A stretch of DNA of 64,000 nt from an uncultured delta proteobacterium (GCA_963790475.1 CAWBOS010000013.1:64001-128000), one strand, 5' to 3'. Shown: positions 40,384-50,576, counted from the stretch's first letter. Program-made: numbers and translations. The notes: generated by a model not told the origin, from the letters alone.

Positions 40384-40812
40384 CTACTGTGAGATTTCGG
40401 AATGATGCTCCTGTCCCAACATCTTCCCTGAGTGGGCCTTATCCAATTGAGATTTAGCCAACGTCCTGGTTGTTAGTGTTGCCCTGGTTCTGGCAAAGCG
40501 GAACCTTTTTCTGGTCTCGATCAACTTAGCCATAACACTTTGCCCTGATTCAACTCCAAAAGTACTTTTAGTCTTGTTATCCGTAAAAAGTGCCACGGAG
40601 ATATTGGTATTGCTCCGCTGCATCCCGTTGAAGAATATGCCTAAGCGTTCCCCTTCTTTTTCAAACTCTTTGACCAGGCCCTTTTCCAGAGGATTGACCG
40701 CATAGATCTTGCTGCCTTCACCTTGGATCAGGCCCGGCCGGAACAGTTTACATCCTTTTTTAGAATTCATGGAGCCCTCTATGCTCTGCCGGCGCAGTTC
40801 CACCTGCGCCAT
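40384..40812 (-). CDS. Hypothetical protein
   Basis: Open frame co-oriented with neighbours; ATG near 40812 with AAGGA upstream; no recognisable motif. Confidence 0.3.
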   Translation of the reverse strand: MAQVELRRQSIEGSMNSKKGCKLFRPGLIQGEGSKIYAVNPLEKGLVKEFEKEGERLGIFFNGMQRSNTNISVALFTDNKTKSTFGVESGQSVMAKLIETRKRFRFARTRATLTTRTLAKSQLDKAHSGKMLGQEHHSEISQ

Positions 40813-41280
40813 GTTCAATCCTTCTACTGCTGGAATATACTTACGAGTTAGAAGGCCCTGTCGGCCTCTTTGGATTTTACCAGCATGGAAATTAAGAAAA
40901 CCCCCAAACTGCAACCTACAAATAGGCCAAAGATGAAAAAGAAACACCGTGCCTCCTTGCTTGGTAGAGAGCCTTCAGAACCACACCCCCTTATCGAACA
41001 TTTTTCAAGGCTCTCTGGTAAGGGAGCATGCCTTATAGGAAGCTATTGGGTGGAACTCTTACCTGGTCTGAAAAGCCGCCTTCGCAGAAAAGACACGACC
41101 AGAGAAGAAACACTTTTCTCGCCTCCTCGATGGGAACCATGAATTGACTGCATGACCCAGAGTGAAACATGAAATAGCTCACCGCGAATTCAGGATCAAT
41201 ATGCAGGATCTTGATCTGTTGATTCATCCCGACCTCCTTTTCAGATCGAAGATACCTCGTAGTTGTATAAAATTTGTGGT

Positions 41281-41679
41281 TCATTCCATCCCCTTTGGTC
41301 CTTTATGTCCTGAGGCAGCTAACAGCCTTTTCATGGTAGGGATCAATTCGGTTTTCATCACCCTTTTCGGGACAAAGCAGCAGGCACCGGCCGACATGGC
41401 CGCGGACCGATAGGCTTCTTCTTCATGGATGGTCAACATAACCACCCGGGCTTTTGGCACCGCGGTTAAAAGACGTTTAGTGGTTCCGATACCGTTCAGC
41501 CTGGGCAGACTGATGTCCATCAGAATCAAATCGGGTGTAATATCCCGGCATATTTCTATGGCTGCCTCACCGCTTGCCGCTTCGGAAAAATCACACTGGG
41601 GAAAAATCCCCTTCAACCAGTCCATTAAAGATTTCCGAAGGGCCTTGTGGTCTTCAACAATTAAAATATGCTTTTTCAT
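41281..41679 (-). CDS. Single-domain response regulator (NarL-like REC)
   Basis: ILIVEDH, LMDISLPRLNG, VMLTIH, FVPK. Confidence 0.88.
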   Translation of the reverse strand: MKKHILIVEDHKALRKSLMDWLKGIFPQCDFSEAASGEAAIEICRDITPDLILMDISLPRLNGIGTTKRLLTAVPKARVVMLTIHEEEAYRSAAMSAGACCFVPKRVMKTELIPTMKRLLAASGHKGPKGME

Positions 41680-41702
41680 TCTATTTTCCTTCAGATTTAG
41701 TG

Positions 41703-41980
41703 GTGCTCGATGCTGGATACTCGATGCTCGATACTAGATAAAATCAAACTTGCGATGGATGCTTTATAAAAACAAAAAGCGATACTCGATTCTGGATAAA
41801 GTCAATCAAGCATCCAGCATCGGCAGTTAAATCCAGAATCATTAGAATATTACAGTCAATTCCATCTGTATGTAGGGAGAGTTTGATTAATGGTGCGGGG
41901 AGAGTTTGAAAAAAACAAAATACTGGATGCTGGATTATGGATAAAAACTAAAAACGATACTCGATACTCGATACTGGATG
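41703..41980. repeat. GATRCT(C/G) heptamer arrays
   Basis: Runs such as GATGCTG GATACTC GATGCTC GATACTA; 41766-41813 is the exact reverse complement of 43150-43197. Confidence 0.8.
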
Positions 41981-41982
41981 GG

Positions 41983-42260
41983 TTACTTTTCGCTGAGATG
42001 TCCTTTACTTACCGATTGAATGAATAGGTTGAGCTTTTTACCTAGAATCTCAAGTTTTTCATGAATAGATTTATATGACGCGTCATCGGCCAGTGAACCG
42101 GTTTCAAAAAGCGTTTCCAGGTGGTCAATGGTCTCATCATTGGAAGCGATCGCATAACTTAAATATCGAATGAACTCCTGCTTATACCTTCTGCGATCTT
42201 ATGAATTTCAACTGCAAGTTTCCTTGCTAATCGCCAAACTTCAAGATTTTTATAGCTCAT
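41983..42260 (-). pseudogene. Four-helix-bundle (IVS/bAvd-like) protein remnant with an internal deletion
   Basis: [21 protein letters not shown] joined out of frame to [35 protein letters not shown]...KLNLFIQSV. Confidence 0.82.
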
Positions 42261-42342
42261 CCCTTTCCTCTCATACCCAGCATCGGCTTTTTGATCCAGT
42301 ATTTCTTTTCGCCTTTATCCAGTATCCAACATCCAGCATCGA

Positions 42343-43002
42343 TTAATCCAACCCCGTCAATCCATGGGTAATGGCAAATTTGACCAGAGATGCCGTATCT
42401 TTGAGGCTCAGCTTTTGCATTACCCGGCTGCGGTAGGTCTCGACGGTCTTCTGGGATATGAAAAGGATATCGGCGATGGCGATACTGGTTTTCCCCTCGG
42501 CCACCAATTGGAGGATCTCCCGTTCCCGAGGGCTGAGGCTCTCCAGAGGGCTTTTAGGATGAATTTCCTGGCGCTGAATTAAATAATCTTCTACCAGGAT
42601 TTCATCCACCTTCTGACTCAGATACCGGTGACCTCCATAAACACCCCGAATGGCCTGGATCAATTCTTTGCCGGCCGATTCTTTTATAACAAATCCCTTG
42701 GCCCCGGCCAGGAGGGCCTGATAAATATGTTCTGTGCTGTAATGCATGGAAAGGATGATCACCTTTACTGATGGGCATTCTTCGATGATTTGACGGGTCG
42801 CATCGATTCCGTTTAATTCCGGCATGGCTATATCCATGATCAACACCTCGGGTTTGATTTTCTTGGTCTCCCTAACGGCTTGACGGCCGTCGGAGACTTC
42901 CCCGGTCACGATCATGTCTGGTTGCGCGTTCAGGATAAACTTCAACCCTTCTCTCAGAATCTGGTGATCATCGGCCAGTAAAATCCTGATCTTTTCCGCC
43001 AT
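42343..43002 (-). CDS. NarL/LuxR family DNA-binding response regulator
   Basis: ILLADDH, MDIAMPELNG, LSPREREILQLVAEG, KTVETYR. Confidence 0.95.
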   Translation of the reverse strand: MAEKIRILLADDHQILREGLKFILNAQPDMIVTGEVSDGRQAVRETKKIKPEVLIMDIAMPELNGIDATRQIIEECPSVKVIILSMHYSTEHIYQALLAGAKGFVIKESAGKELIQAIRGVYGGHRYLSQKVDEILVEDYLIQRQEIHPKSPLESLSPREREILQLVAEGKTSIAIADILFISQKTVETYRSRVMQKLSLKDTASLVKFAITHGLTGLD

Positions 43003-43019
43003 GCCTTACTCCCTGGTTA

Positions 43020-43230
43020 CTCTGGATACTGGATACTCAATACTGGATGCTCGATGCTCGATAAAATAAAATTAAGCGATGCTGGATTTAACTGCCGATC
43101 CTGGATACTGGATGCTGGCTCAAACCAAAACACCGATGCTGGTTGCTTAATGCTTGATTGACTTTATCCAGAATCGAGTATCGCTTTTTGTTTTTATCCA
43201 GTATCAAGAAACCAGTATCCAGCATCCAGC
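43020..43230. repeat. Self-inverted GATRCT(C/G) heptamer array
   Basis: Left arm GGATACT/GATGCTC repeats; right arm CCAGTAT/CCAGCAT repeats. Confidence 0.8.
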
Positions 43231-43231
43231 T

Positions 43232-45616
43232 TTATCTTTCCACCGGCAATTGGAGAATAACCCGGGTCCCTTTTCCCGGTTCGGAGGATATCTGGAGATC
43301 TCCCCCCAGAGCCACGGCCCGCTCCCTCATCATAACCAGACCCCATCCCCTATTTTCGCCTCCAAGACGAAACCCCTTAAAACCAAAACCCCGGCCGTCG
43401 TCTGTTATCGTCAGACCTGCTCTGTCTCCAACCCTTTCCAACAGGAGGTCGACCTGGCTGGCGGAGGAATGTTTAGACACATTGGTCAGGGCCTCCTGAA
43501 CGATACGAAAAATAATGGTCTCCATAACAGTGGATAAACGGGGTAAAAACTCCTCCCCCTCCACATTTATTTGGATACCGGTCCTTCTTTGGAACCTCTG
43601 CCCATACCAGTGAAGGGAGGATAGTAAACCAAAATCATCCAGTACGGAAGGACGCAAGTCGGACATGACCTCTCGTATATGCTGGGTTGTTTCTTCCAAC
43701 ATTATCTGTGAATCCTCCAGTCGAGAGGAGATAAGGGATTTTTGATCTTTCGCAACCAAACCAAGAACAATGTTCAGGTTTAAATTCAAGGCCGTCAAGT
43801 TCTGTCCTACCAGATCGTGGAGTGTCCGGGCAATTTCCTTCCGTTCAGTTTCCTCAACCTCGGACAATTTTATGGCCAGGGCCTGCAACTGTTTTTGATA
43901 TTTCAGTAATTCCTGTTCGGCCTGTTTTCGATCGGTGATGTCCTGCCCTGCCGCGAGCACCCCAATCGAATTCCCATCGGCATCTTTGAGGGTTATATCG
44001 TGCCATTCGATCTGTCTTATTCGACCGTCTTTCGTCACGACATGATTTACGTTGCCTTGGGTCTGAATGTCATTCATGGCCTTTAAAAAAAGTGACTTCA
44101 TCATCGTTTGATCTTGCGGAGGCAAAAATGTGCTGAACCAGTCCTTTCCCTGGACTTCAGACAGTGAATATCCTGAAAGTTTTTCCAAATAAGGATTGAA
44201 TCGGACAATCCTGCCTTCCGGATCCAATATTAGGATAATAGCCTGGGCTGTATTAATCAGGCCCTCGGCAAAATTACGTTCGCTTCGCAGTGCCTCCTCC
44301 ATCTGCCTGCGATTAGTGATGTCTTTGGAAATCACCGTCACTGCAGTAACGTTTCCCTGTGGATCTCTAACCGGGCTGAATGTCCGGAGGAAATATTTAG
44401 GCTCTCTTTCGCTTTTGTGTTCAACCTGAAAAGATGCATTTGTTTCAAATACCTCTTTAACTAAACCAGCAAATTGTTGGGTATCTTCTTCGGAATGAAA
44501 TTCACCATAGGATCTACCGATTACCTCATCTAATGAGATGTTGAGCCTTGACAGATGGGCATCGTTCATAAACCGAAACCGGGATTCTTTGTCCACGAGA
44601 TACATGGAGTCATCCGTAGAAGCCAGGGAACGATATCTCTCCTCCGATTCTATCAGCTTCGCCTCCGCCTGTTTACGTTGGGTGATATCACGACAGATTC
44701 CCCGGAACCCGATAATCCGGCCTTCCTTGTCCCGCCGGCAGGATATGGAGTCTTCCGTAAATAGCGGTGTTCCATCTTTTCGCCTGCTCCTGACCGGATT
44801 GTCTTTGATGATCTCTCCTGTCCGGTAGACCCGGTTAAAGGTTTTATAGACTTCTTCCATCTCCTCCGGGGGTATATAGGTCCGGCAGTTCATCCCGATT
44901 AATTCTTCGCGGGAATATTGAAGCTGCCGGCTCATGGAATCGTTAACAAAGGTGAAATTGCCGGCCAAATCCACCTCGTAGTAGCCTTCTCCTATTTCTT
45001 CGATTATGGCGGTTCGATATCTCTCTTCCGATTGTCCTATAACCTCTTCCAGGCGCTTGCGTTCGGTGATGTCGGTAACCGTGGTATGGACCTGAAATGC
45101 TCCCCGGCCTGCCTCCCTCCGAATACTTTCCAAACCGGCATAAAAGGGTGAACCCTCCTGTCTCCTGAGTATAAGGTCACAAGTCTGCTTTTCTCCCTCC
45201 CGTAATACACTTAAAAAATGCTGATCCCATAGGTCCTGGTCGTTGGCTGTTACTATTTTTCTAAACCTGGTGTTGATCAGTTTTTGACGCGCTACCCCCA
45301 GGAGGGTTGAACCGGTGAGATTTACCTCTTTGATCAGGGCTTCCGGGGTGAAGGTAAAGTACCCCACTGGGGCAAAATGATAGAGATCGGCGTACCGTTC
45401 CCTGGCTTCCTCCAGGGCGACCTGGGTCTTTCTGAGCTCCTCATTTTGCATCTCCAGTTCAATCTGGTGAATCTGGAGTTCATGAATAACTTCTTCAAAG
45501 TTCTTCTCCTGTATCCCGTCTGGAACACCGAGGAAACTGGCCAGTTTTCCTTCCGCTTCATCTCTCAATTGGTGGTCGGGACTCCGGCCTTCGATTTGTT
45601 TTTTTTTCTTTCCCAA
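43232..45616 (-). CDS. Multi-PAS HisKA_3 histidine kinase with N-terminal QIELE coil
   Basis: HELQIHQIELEMQNEEL, 4 PAS, ERKEIARTLHDLVGQ, QEALTNVSKH, DDGRGF. Confidence 0.93.
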   Translation of the reverse strand: MGKKKKQIEGRSPDHQLRDEAEGKLASFLGVPDGIQEKNFEEVIHELQIHQIELEMQNEELRKTQVALEEARERYADLYHFAPVGYFTFTPEALIKEVNLTGSTLLGVARQKLINTRFRKIVTANDQDLWDQHFLSVLREGEKQTCDLILRRQEGSPFYAGLESIRREAGRGAFQVHTTVTDITERKRLEEVIGQSEERYRTAIIEEIGEGYYEVDLAGNFTFVNDSMSRQLQYSREELIGMNCRTYIPPEEMEEVYKTFNRVYRTGEIIKDNPVRSRRKDGTPLFTEDSISCRRDKEGRIIGFRGICRDITQRKQAEAKLIESEERYRSLASTDDSMYLVDKESRFRFMNDAHLSRLNISLDEVIGRSYGEFHSEEDTQQFAGLVKEVFETNASFQVEHKSEREPKYFLRTFSPVRDPQGNVTAVTVISKDITNRRQMEEALRSERNFAEGLINTAQAIILILDPEGRIVRFNPYLEKLSGYSLSEVQGKDWFSTFLPPQDQTMMKSLFLKAMNDIQTQGNVNHVVTKDGRIRQIEWHDITLKDADGNSIGVLAAGQDITDRKQAEQELLKYQKQLQALAIKLSEVEETERKEIARTLHDLVGQNLTALNLNLNIVLGLVAKDQKSLISSRLEDSQIMLEETTQHIREVMSDLRPSVLDDFGLLSSLHWYGQRFQRRTGIQINVEGEEFLPRLSTVMETIIFRIVQEALTNVSKHSSASQVDLLLERVGDRAGLTITDDGRGFGFKGFRLGGENRGWGLVMMRERAVALGGDLQISSEPGKGTRVILQLPVER

Positions 45617-45625
45617 TGCTCTACC

Positions 45626-46723
45626 TCATGAAGAATAACATTCATTTTTTCCTCTGGCCTTGGCCTGATACATGTTCTGATCGACCCGTTGGATAAAGGT
45701 CTTGAGATCCTCCTGGTTTTGATACTGGGAAAGGCCGATACTGCAGGTAACCCGGACCTCGGCCTTGGGGGCCGAATTAAAGGCTGTCTCTTGAATCCCG
45801 TAACGAATTCGTTCGGCCAGAATCAGGGCCCGTTTGGCCGAGGTTTCCGGCATGACGACCAGGAATTCCTCCCCACCGAAGCGAAAGGCCGTATCGGTCC
45901 GGCGAATACATTCCCGGATGATTTTGGCCACTTTCACTAAAACCCCGTCGCCCTCCAGATGTCCGAAGGTATCATTGAATTGTTTGAAATCGTCAAGGTC
46001 CAGCAATAACATGGCCAGTTGACGTTGATAGCGGTTGGTCCGTTCGATCTCCTGCTTCAGTTGTTGATAAAAATATCTCTGGTTGAAAAGATGGGTGAGG
46101 TCATCGGTCATACTCAGTTCACGAAAACGTTGCTCTCGTTCCTGCAAAGCTCCCTGCATCCTTTTATTTTCACTGATGTCGCTTATAGCCGTGAGGACCA
46201 GGGGGGTTCCGGTCTTGAGTTCCTTTCGGATACTGTCCAATTGGGCCTGGAAAATGGAGCCATCCGATCTTTTGAGCGTCAGTTCGCAACCCTGCCTCTC
46301 GCCCTGCTGTAACACACTCAGGAAATGCCGGTCCCAGCGGTCCTGCTCTTTGGTCTCCACCATTCTTCGAAACCGGGTGTTGGTCAGCTTGTGACGGGTC
46401 ATACCCAGCAGGGCTGCACCACAGAGATTGACCTCGTTGATCAGGGCTTCCGGGCTGAAGGTAAAGTACCCCACCGGGGCAAAATCATAGAGGTCCAGGT
46501 ACTTTTCTTTGGACTCCTCCAGGGCCAGTTGGATTCTTCTAAGCTCCTCATTTTGCATCTCCAACTCGATCTGGTGCACCTGTAGTTCATGGAGAAGTTC
46601 CTCAGGGCTTTTTCCTATCATGCCCGACCTCTTGCCGGATGACCGCGAGAGTTTCTTCTCGGCGGCATCCCTCAAATGGGAGTCACTGAGGTCTTTGCCT
46701 TTGTTCTCGTTTTGTTTTTTCAT
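45626..46723 (-). CDS. PAS diguanylate cyclase with N-terminal QIELE coil
   Basis: HELQVHQIELEMQNEEL, PAS, DDLTHLFNQR, RRTD I-site, FGGEEF. Confidence 0.92.
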   Translation of the reverse strand: MKKQNENKGKDLSDSHLRDAAEKKLSRSSGKRSGMIGKSPEELLHELQVHQIELEMQNEELRRIQLALEESKEKYLDLYDFAPVGYFTFSPEALINEVNLCGAALLGMTRHKLTNTRFRRMVETKEQDRWDRHFLSVLQQGERQGCELTLKRSDGSIFQAQLDSIRKELKTGTPLVLTAISDISENKRMQGALQEREQRFRELSMTDDLTHLFNQRYFYQQLKQEIERTNRYQRQLAMLLLDLDDFKQFNDTFGHLEGDGVLVKVAKIIRECIRRTDTAFRFGGEEFLVVMPETSAKRALILAERIRYGIQETAFNSAPKAEVRVTCSIGLSQYQNQEDLKTFIQRVDQNMYQAKARGKNECYSS

Positions 46724-46732
46724 CGGTCACCC

Positions 46733-47023
46733 TTTCGGATTTCGGATTTCGGAATCCTGCTGCTTGTCTTTCCTAGATCCCCTCTCCCCGATCAGGTCGA
46801 GGACAAGCTTCGCGGGAATGACGGAAAAAAGTCATTCCCCCATTTTTTCCGTCATTCCCACGAAAGTGGGAATCCAGAGGTTTTCATGAATTCTCACTTG
46901 CATATCTCCTCATATAGATCATTCCATTCAGAGTTATGTGCTTCTATAAAATTGCTTCATTTCCCTCCTATACTGGATTCCCGCGTTCGCGAGGAATGAC
47001 GGAGAACATCCGAAATCCGCAAT
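46733..47023. repeat. Cluster of dRS3/RPE-like palindromes bracketed by inverted heptamers
   Basis: GTCATTCCCACGAAAGTGGGAATCCAG (~46851), CTGGATTCCCGCGTTCGCGAGGAATGAC (~46973); left TTCGGAT repeats, right ATCCGAAATCCGCAATC. Confidence 0.75.
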
Positions 47024-49968
47024 CACAGGATGTTTTCCATGGCCAGGAGGATCAACTGGACCCGGCCCCCTTCTGCGGGAATCTGCCGGGCGTTCAACAG
47101 CATTCTCCGGTGTCCGATGATGGGAAAGTCGTGCTCCACTTCCATGTTCTCAAAACTGGTATCTTTGGGCAAAACGGTCTCCAGCAGCTCCCTTAACCGG
47201 GGAATATCCCACTGGCGGGCACCCAGGTCAAAAAAACTCCTGCCCACGGTTTCTTCGGGTTTGACCTGAAAGGCCTGGTAAAAAGAGCGGCCGGCGGAGA
47301 TCACCTTGAAATCGCCGTCCAGAATGATCAGGGGCTCCCGGACCGTATCCACAATACTTTGAGCATAGTCTCGGGCCTGCCGGACCTTCTCTTCGATTAT
47401 TTTGATTGCCGTGATGTCGTTAAAAGTCAGCACCACCCCCTGGATCACATTTTCCAGGGTCCGGTAGGGCATAATGCGGACCAGGAACCACTCCTGGCCG
47501 GTCGTCTTTATTTTCAGCTCTCGGGGCACCAACGATTGGAGTACGGCCCGGGCTTCCTCTTCCAGTTCCTCTTTCTCCAGATTGGACTTGATATCGCGTA
47601 AGGGACGGCCGACGTCCGTGCCCACCAGACGAAACACCTTGGCCGCTTCCCGGGTAAATCGTTTTATAACCAGGTTTTCATCCAGGAAGATGGTCCCGAT
47701 ATGGATGTTGTCGATAAGGTTTTTCATGTCGTTCTGCATCCCGGCCAATTGTTCTATTTTGGCCTGAAATTCGGCATTGACGGTCAGTATTTCTTCATTG
47801 ACCGACTGGATCTCCTCCTTGGAGGTCTCCAACTCTTCGTTGGTGGACTGCAACTCTTCATTGGTGGACTGGAGTTCTTCATTGGTGGAGGTGAGTTCTT
47901 CGTTGGCGGCTTGCAGTTCCTCGATGGTGGCCTGAAGATTTTCTTTAGTGTAGGAGAGTTCCTGTTCCAGTTCCAATACTCGGCTGGACCCCCCTTTCCT
48001 GACCATGAGACCGGCCCTGGCCGGCTTTTCTTTGACCTGGGATCCTGCCTCCTGGAAGCTGACCAGCAGTATTCCCTGGTCGATCTCCGGTATGGTGAGA
48101 GGCTTTACAGAAAGGGTAATTCCCTGTTTGCCCCCATCGGTCTTAATCAGGAGATCCTTGCCGACCACCGAGGTTCCCTGCTTGATCGCCTGGTGGATGG
48201 CCGTGCGCAGTTCCAATTGCAGACCCTCGCGGGCCATTTCGATAACATTCAGAGTGGCCTGACCCGGGGCCGGCCGCAGGTATTTACCGGTATCCCCATG
48301 AACAAAGAGGATATTTCCTTTCTCGTCAATAACCACTGATGGGGGCGCGTAGGTCTGGAGCAATATTTGCTCGGTGAGCTCCAACAAATCGGTATCTTTG
48401 GCCTTTTTTATCGGTTCGCCCGGTTCCCTCCGAATCGAGCCCCCTCTCCAGGCCAGCCCCCCTCCGGCCAAACCCTCGCCGGGCGCATTCAGGGATCCCT
48501 TGGCCCGAAAAAACTTCCACTTTTTGTTAATGGGCGCAAAGAGGTCGGTGAAACCCCCGATACTTTCCGAGGAGCTGAGGAAAAGGACCCCTCCCGGTTT
48601 CAAGGCATAATGAAAGACCGGGAAAAGCCGGCCCTGAAGTTCCGATTCGAGGTAGATGAGCAGATTCCGGCAGCTAAGGAGATCCAGTCTGGTGAAAGGC
48701 GGGTCCTTGATCACATTCTGGGTGGCAAAGATGATCATATCCCTTATTTCTTTTTTGATTCGAAAGCCGTCCTCCTCTTTGCTGAAAAACCGTTTCAACC
48801 TCTCCGGGGGAACGTCGATACCGATATTGGCCGGGTAGATACCGGAACGGGCGGAGGTAATCGAATCCTCATCAATGTCCGTACTGTAGATCTGGACCTT
48901 GTACTCCTGCCTGGTCTCATCCATGAACTCCCGGAAGAGGATGGCAATGGAATAGGCTTCCTCACCGGTGGCGCACCCGGGTACCCAGATTCTGAAATAA
49001 TAATTCTCCGGTTTTTGGGCGAAAAGGTCCGGCAGGATATCCTTTTTCAGCACGGCAAAGGCCTCCGGGTCCCGGAAAAAGCTGGTGACATTAATGAGAA
49101 GTTCTTTGAACAGGAGATGCACTTCCGGTGGGCTCTCCTTCAGGAAACGGGCATAGGTATCCGTATCTTCTATGGAGTTGACAGCCATCCGTCGTTCGAT
49201 CCTGCGTCGGATGGTGTTCTGCTTATAGAGGGAAAAGTCATGGCCGGTTCTGGATCTCAAGAGCATCATGATCTTGTTAAGGGCGCTGGTTGGGGGGGAA
49301 ACAGGAGGAGCCGGTTTTATCTTTTTTTCAAAAAAGGTCTTCTTGTAGAACAACAAATGTTCCGGTATCCTTTCCACCGGCAGGATATAAGTGGCCAGCC
49401 CGGCCTGGATGGCGCTGGCGGGCATGCCGTCATACTTGGCCGTAGCCGGATCTTGTACATAAGATACCCCCCCGGCGCCGATAATGGCCCGCAGCCCGAA
49501 GGTGCCATCGGACCCGCTTCCGGAGAGGATAACCCCGATGGCCCTTTCTCCCTGGTCTTCGGCCAGGGAGCGCAGAAAAAAATCTATGGGCATCCGATGG
49601 CCCCGCTGCAATTCCGGAACAGTGATCTGGATGGCCCTGTGAAAGACGGACATGTCCCGGTTCGGGGGAATCACATAGACCCGGTCCGGTGCCACGACCA
49701 TCTGGTCCTGGGCTTCAATGACCGTCATGGTGGTAACTCTTTGCAGGATCTCGGTCAGCATACTGGCGTGCCCCGGATCGAGATGGGAAACCAGGACGAA
49801 AGCCATACCGCTGTCCGGCTTTGTGTGACGGAAAAAATTCTCATAGGCCTCCAACCCTCCGGCCGAGGCCCCCAACCCGATGATGGGAAAGTTGATCTCC
49901 GGTATTGATCTCGACTTTGAATTGAGGGAACCTTCCGACTTCAGGTTATTATGGTTTTTGGTCTTCAC
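47023..49968 (-). CDS. CheB-CheR fusion (methylesterase, methyltransferase, coiled coil, PAS domains)
   Basis: CheB motifs GASAGG, SHL, GSDG; CheR motifs IWVPGCATGEEAYS, SCRNLLIY; xNEELxS heptads; C-terminal PAS; no REC or kinase domain. Confidence 0.94.
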   Translation of the reverse strand: MKTKNHNNLKSEGSLNSKSRSIPEINFPIIGLGASAGGLEAYENFFRHTKPDSGMAFVLVSHLDPGHASMLTEILQRVTTMTVIEAQDQMVVAPDRVYVIPPNRDMSVFHRAIQITVPELQRGHRMPIDFFLRSLAEDQGERAIGVILSGSGSDGTFGLRAIIGAGGVSYVQDPATAKYDGMPASAIQAGLATYILPVERIPEHLLFYKKTFFEKKIKPAPPVSPPTSALNKIMMLLRSRTGHDFSLYKQNTIRRRIERRMAVNSIEDTDTYARFLKESPPEVHLLFKELLINVTSFFRDPEAFAVLKKDILPDLFAQKPENYYFRIWVPGCATGEEAYSIAILFREFMDETRQEYKVQIYSTDIDEDSITSARSGIYPANIGIDVPPERLKRFFSKEEDGFRIKKEIRDMIIFATQNVIKDPPFTRLDLLSCRNLLIYLESELQGRLFPVFHYALKPGGVLFLSSSESIGGFTDLFAPINKKWKFFRAKGSLNAPGEGLAGGGLAWRGGSIRREPGEPIKKAKDTDLLELTEQILLQTYAPPSVVIDEKGNILFVHGDTGKYLRPAPGQATLNVIEMAREGLQLELRTAIHQAIKQGTSVVGKDLLIKTDGGKQGITLSVKPLTIPEIDQGILLVSFQEAGSQVKEKPARAGLMVRKGGSSRVLELEQELSYTKENLQATIEELQAANEELTSTNEELQSTNEELQSTNEELETSKEEIQSVNEEILTVNAEFQAKIEQLAGMQNDMKNLIDNIHIGTIFLDENLVIKRFTREAAKVFRLVGTDVGRPLRDIKSNLEKEELEEEARAVLQSLVPRELKIKTTGQEWFLVRIMPYRTLENVIQGVVLTFNDITAIKIIEEKVRQARDYAQSIVDTVREPLIILDGDFKVISAGRSFYQAFQVKPEETVGRSFFDLGARQWDIPRLRELLETVLPKDTSFENMEVEHDFPIIGHRRMLLNARQIPAEGGRVQLILLAMENIL

Positions 49969-50576
49969 GGCTTTCTCCTTGGCGATAGGCCATGCCCGGG
50001 GTGGGAAACCTTTGCCGGCCTTTCCCCTGAATAACTATGAAAAAGGCGAATATCGGGCATCATTGTTGCCGGAAATTGTTTGGGTCCAAAGGCCAGGCGC
50101 TTCATACGTGACCTTCGAAAAATATTCCCTTTTGCCAGATTTCTACGTCGGGCTGAAATTTCGATCCTCGAAATATTAAATATATTCGTCTGGTTAAAAT
50201 TCTTGCCTTCCTTGACCCTGACCAAATTGAACATTTTTTAAAGGCCTCAAATATAGGAAACGGAAATCGAATATTAAACAGATGGATGGATGGGTAAGAA
50301 CCGGGCCAACAGGTTCCATGATGGTAGGGTCCTAGTAAGAGTTTATCGCAGAGCAACTTGGCCTGAATTTCGGATCTCTTGTTAATGTCTAAACAATATT
50401 CTAAGAACTTTGATAGAATGAGTCAACAAAAAAGAAAGCATTGCCTTTTGAAGTCTTGCATGGTTTTCAAAAAAGGAGGATTGAAGAATACAACGATTCT
50501 TCTGATGTCCCCCGATCCATTCTTCGTCAAATCTTTTCCGGTACTGGCGTAACTTCACCTTGCCTCTAAGTGGTGA

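Noticed and set aside
41033-41284. Small ORF beginning like a receiver domain (IKILHID)
   Set aside because: Similarity fades after about 10 residues; not enough support to call
41700-43230. CRISPR array or diversity-generating retroelement (Avd-like gene)
   Set aside because: Repeats are degenerate 7-mers without unique spacers; no cas or reverse transcriptase gene; duplicated PAS blocks show no evident adenine-specific variation
48367-49908. 513-aa plus-strand ORF, and similar long antisense ORFs (31871-32941, 12799-13518, 4080-4808)
   Set aside because: Antisense shadows of well-supported genes; no motifs of their own
47023-49968. Chemotaxis (flagellar) operon
   Set aside because: No cheA, cheW or MCP genes in the window; CheB lacks a REC domain
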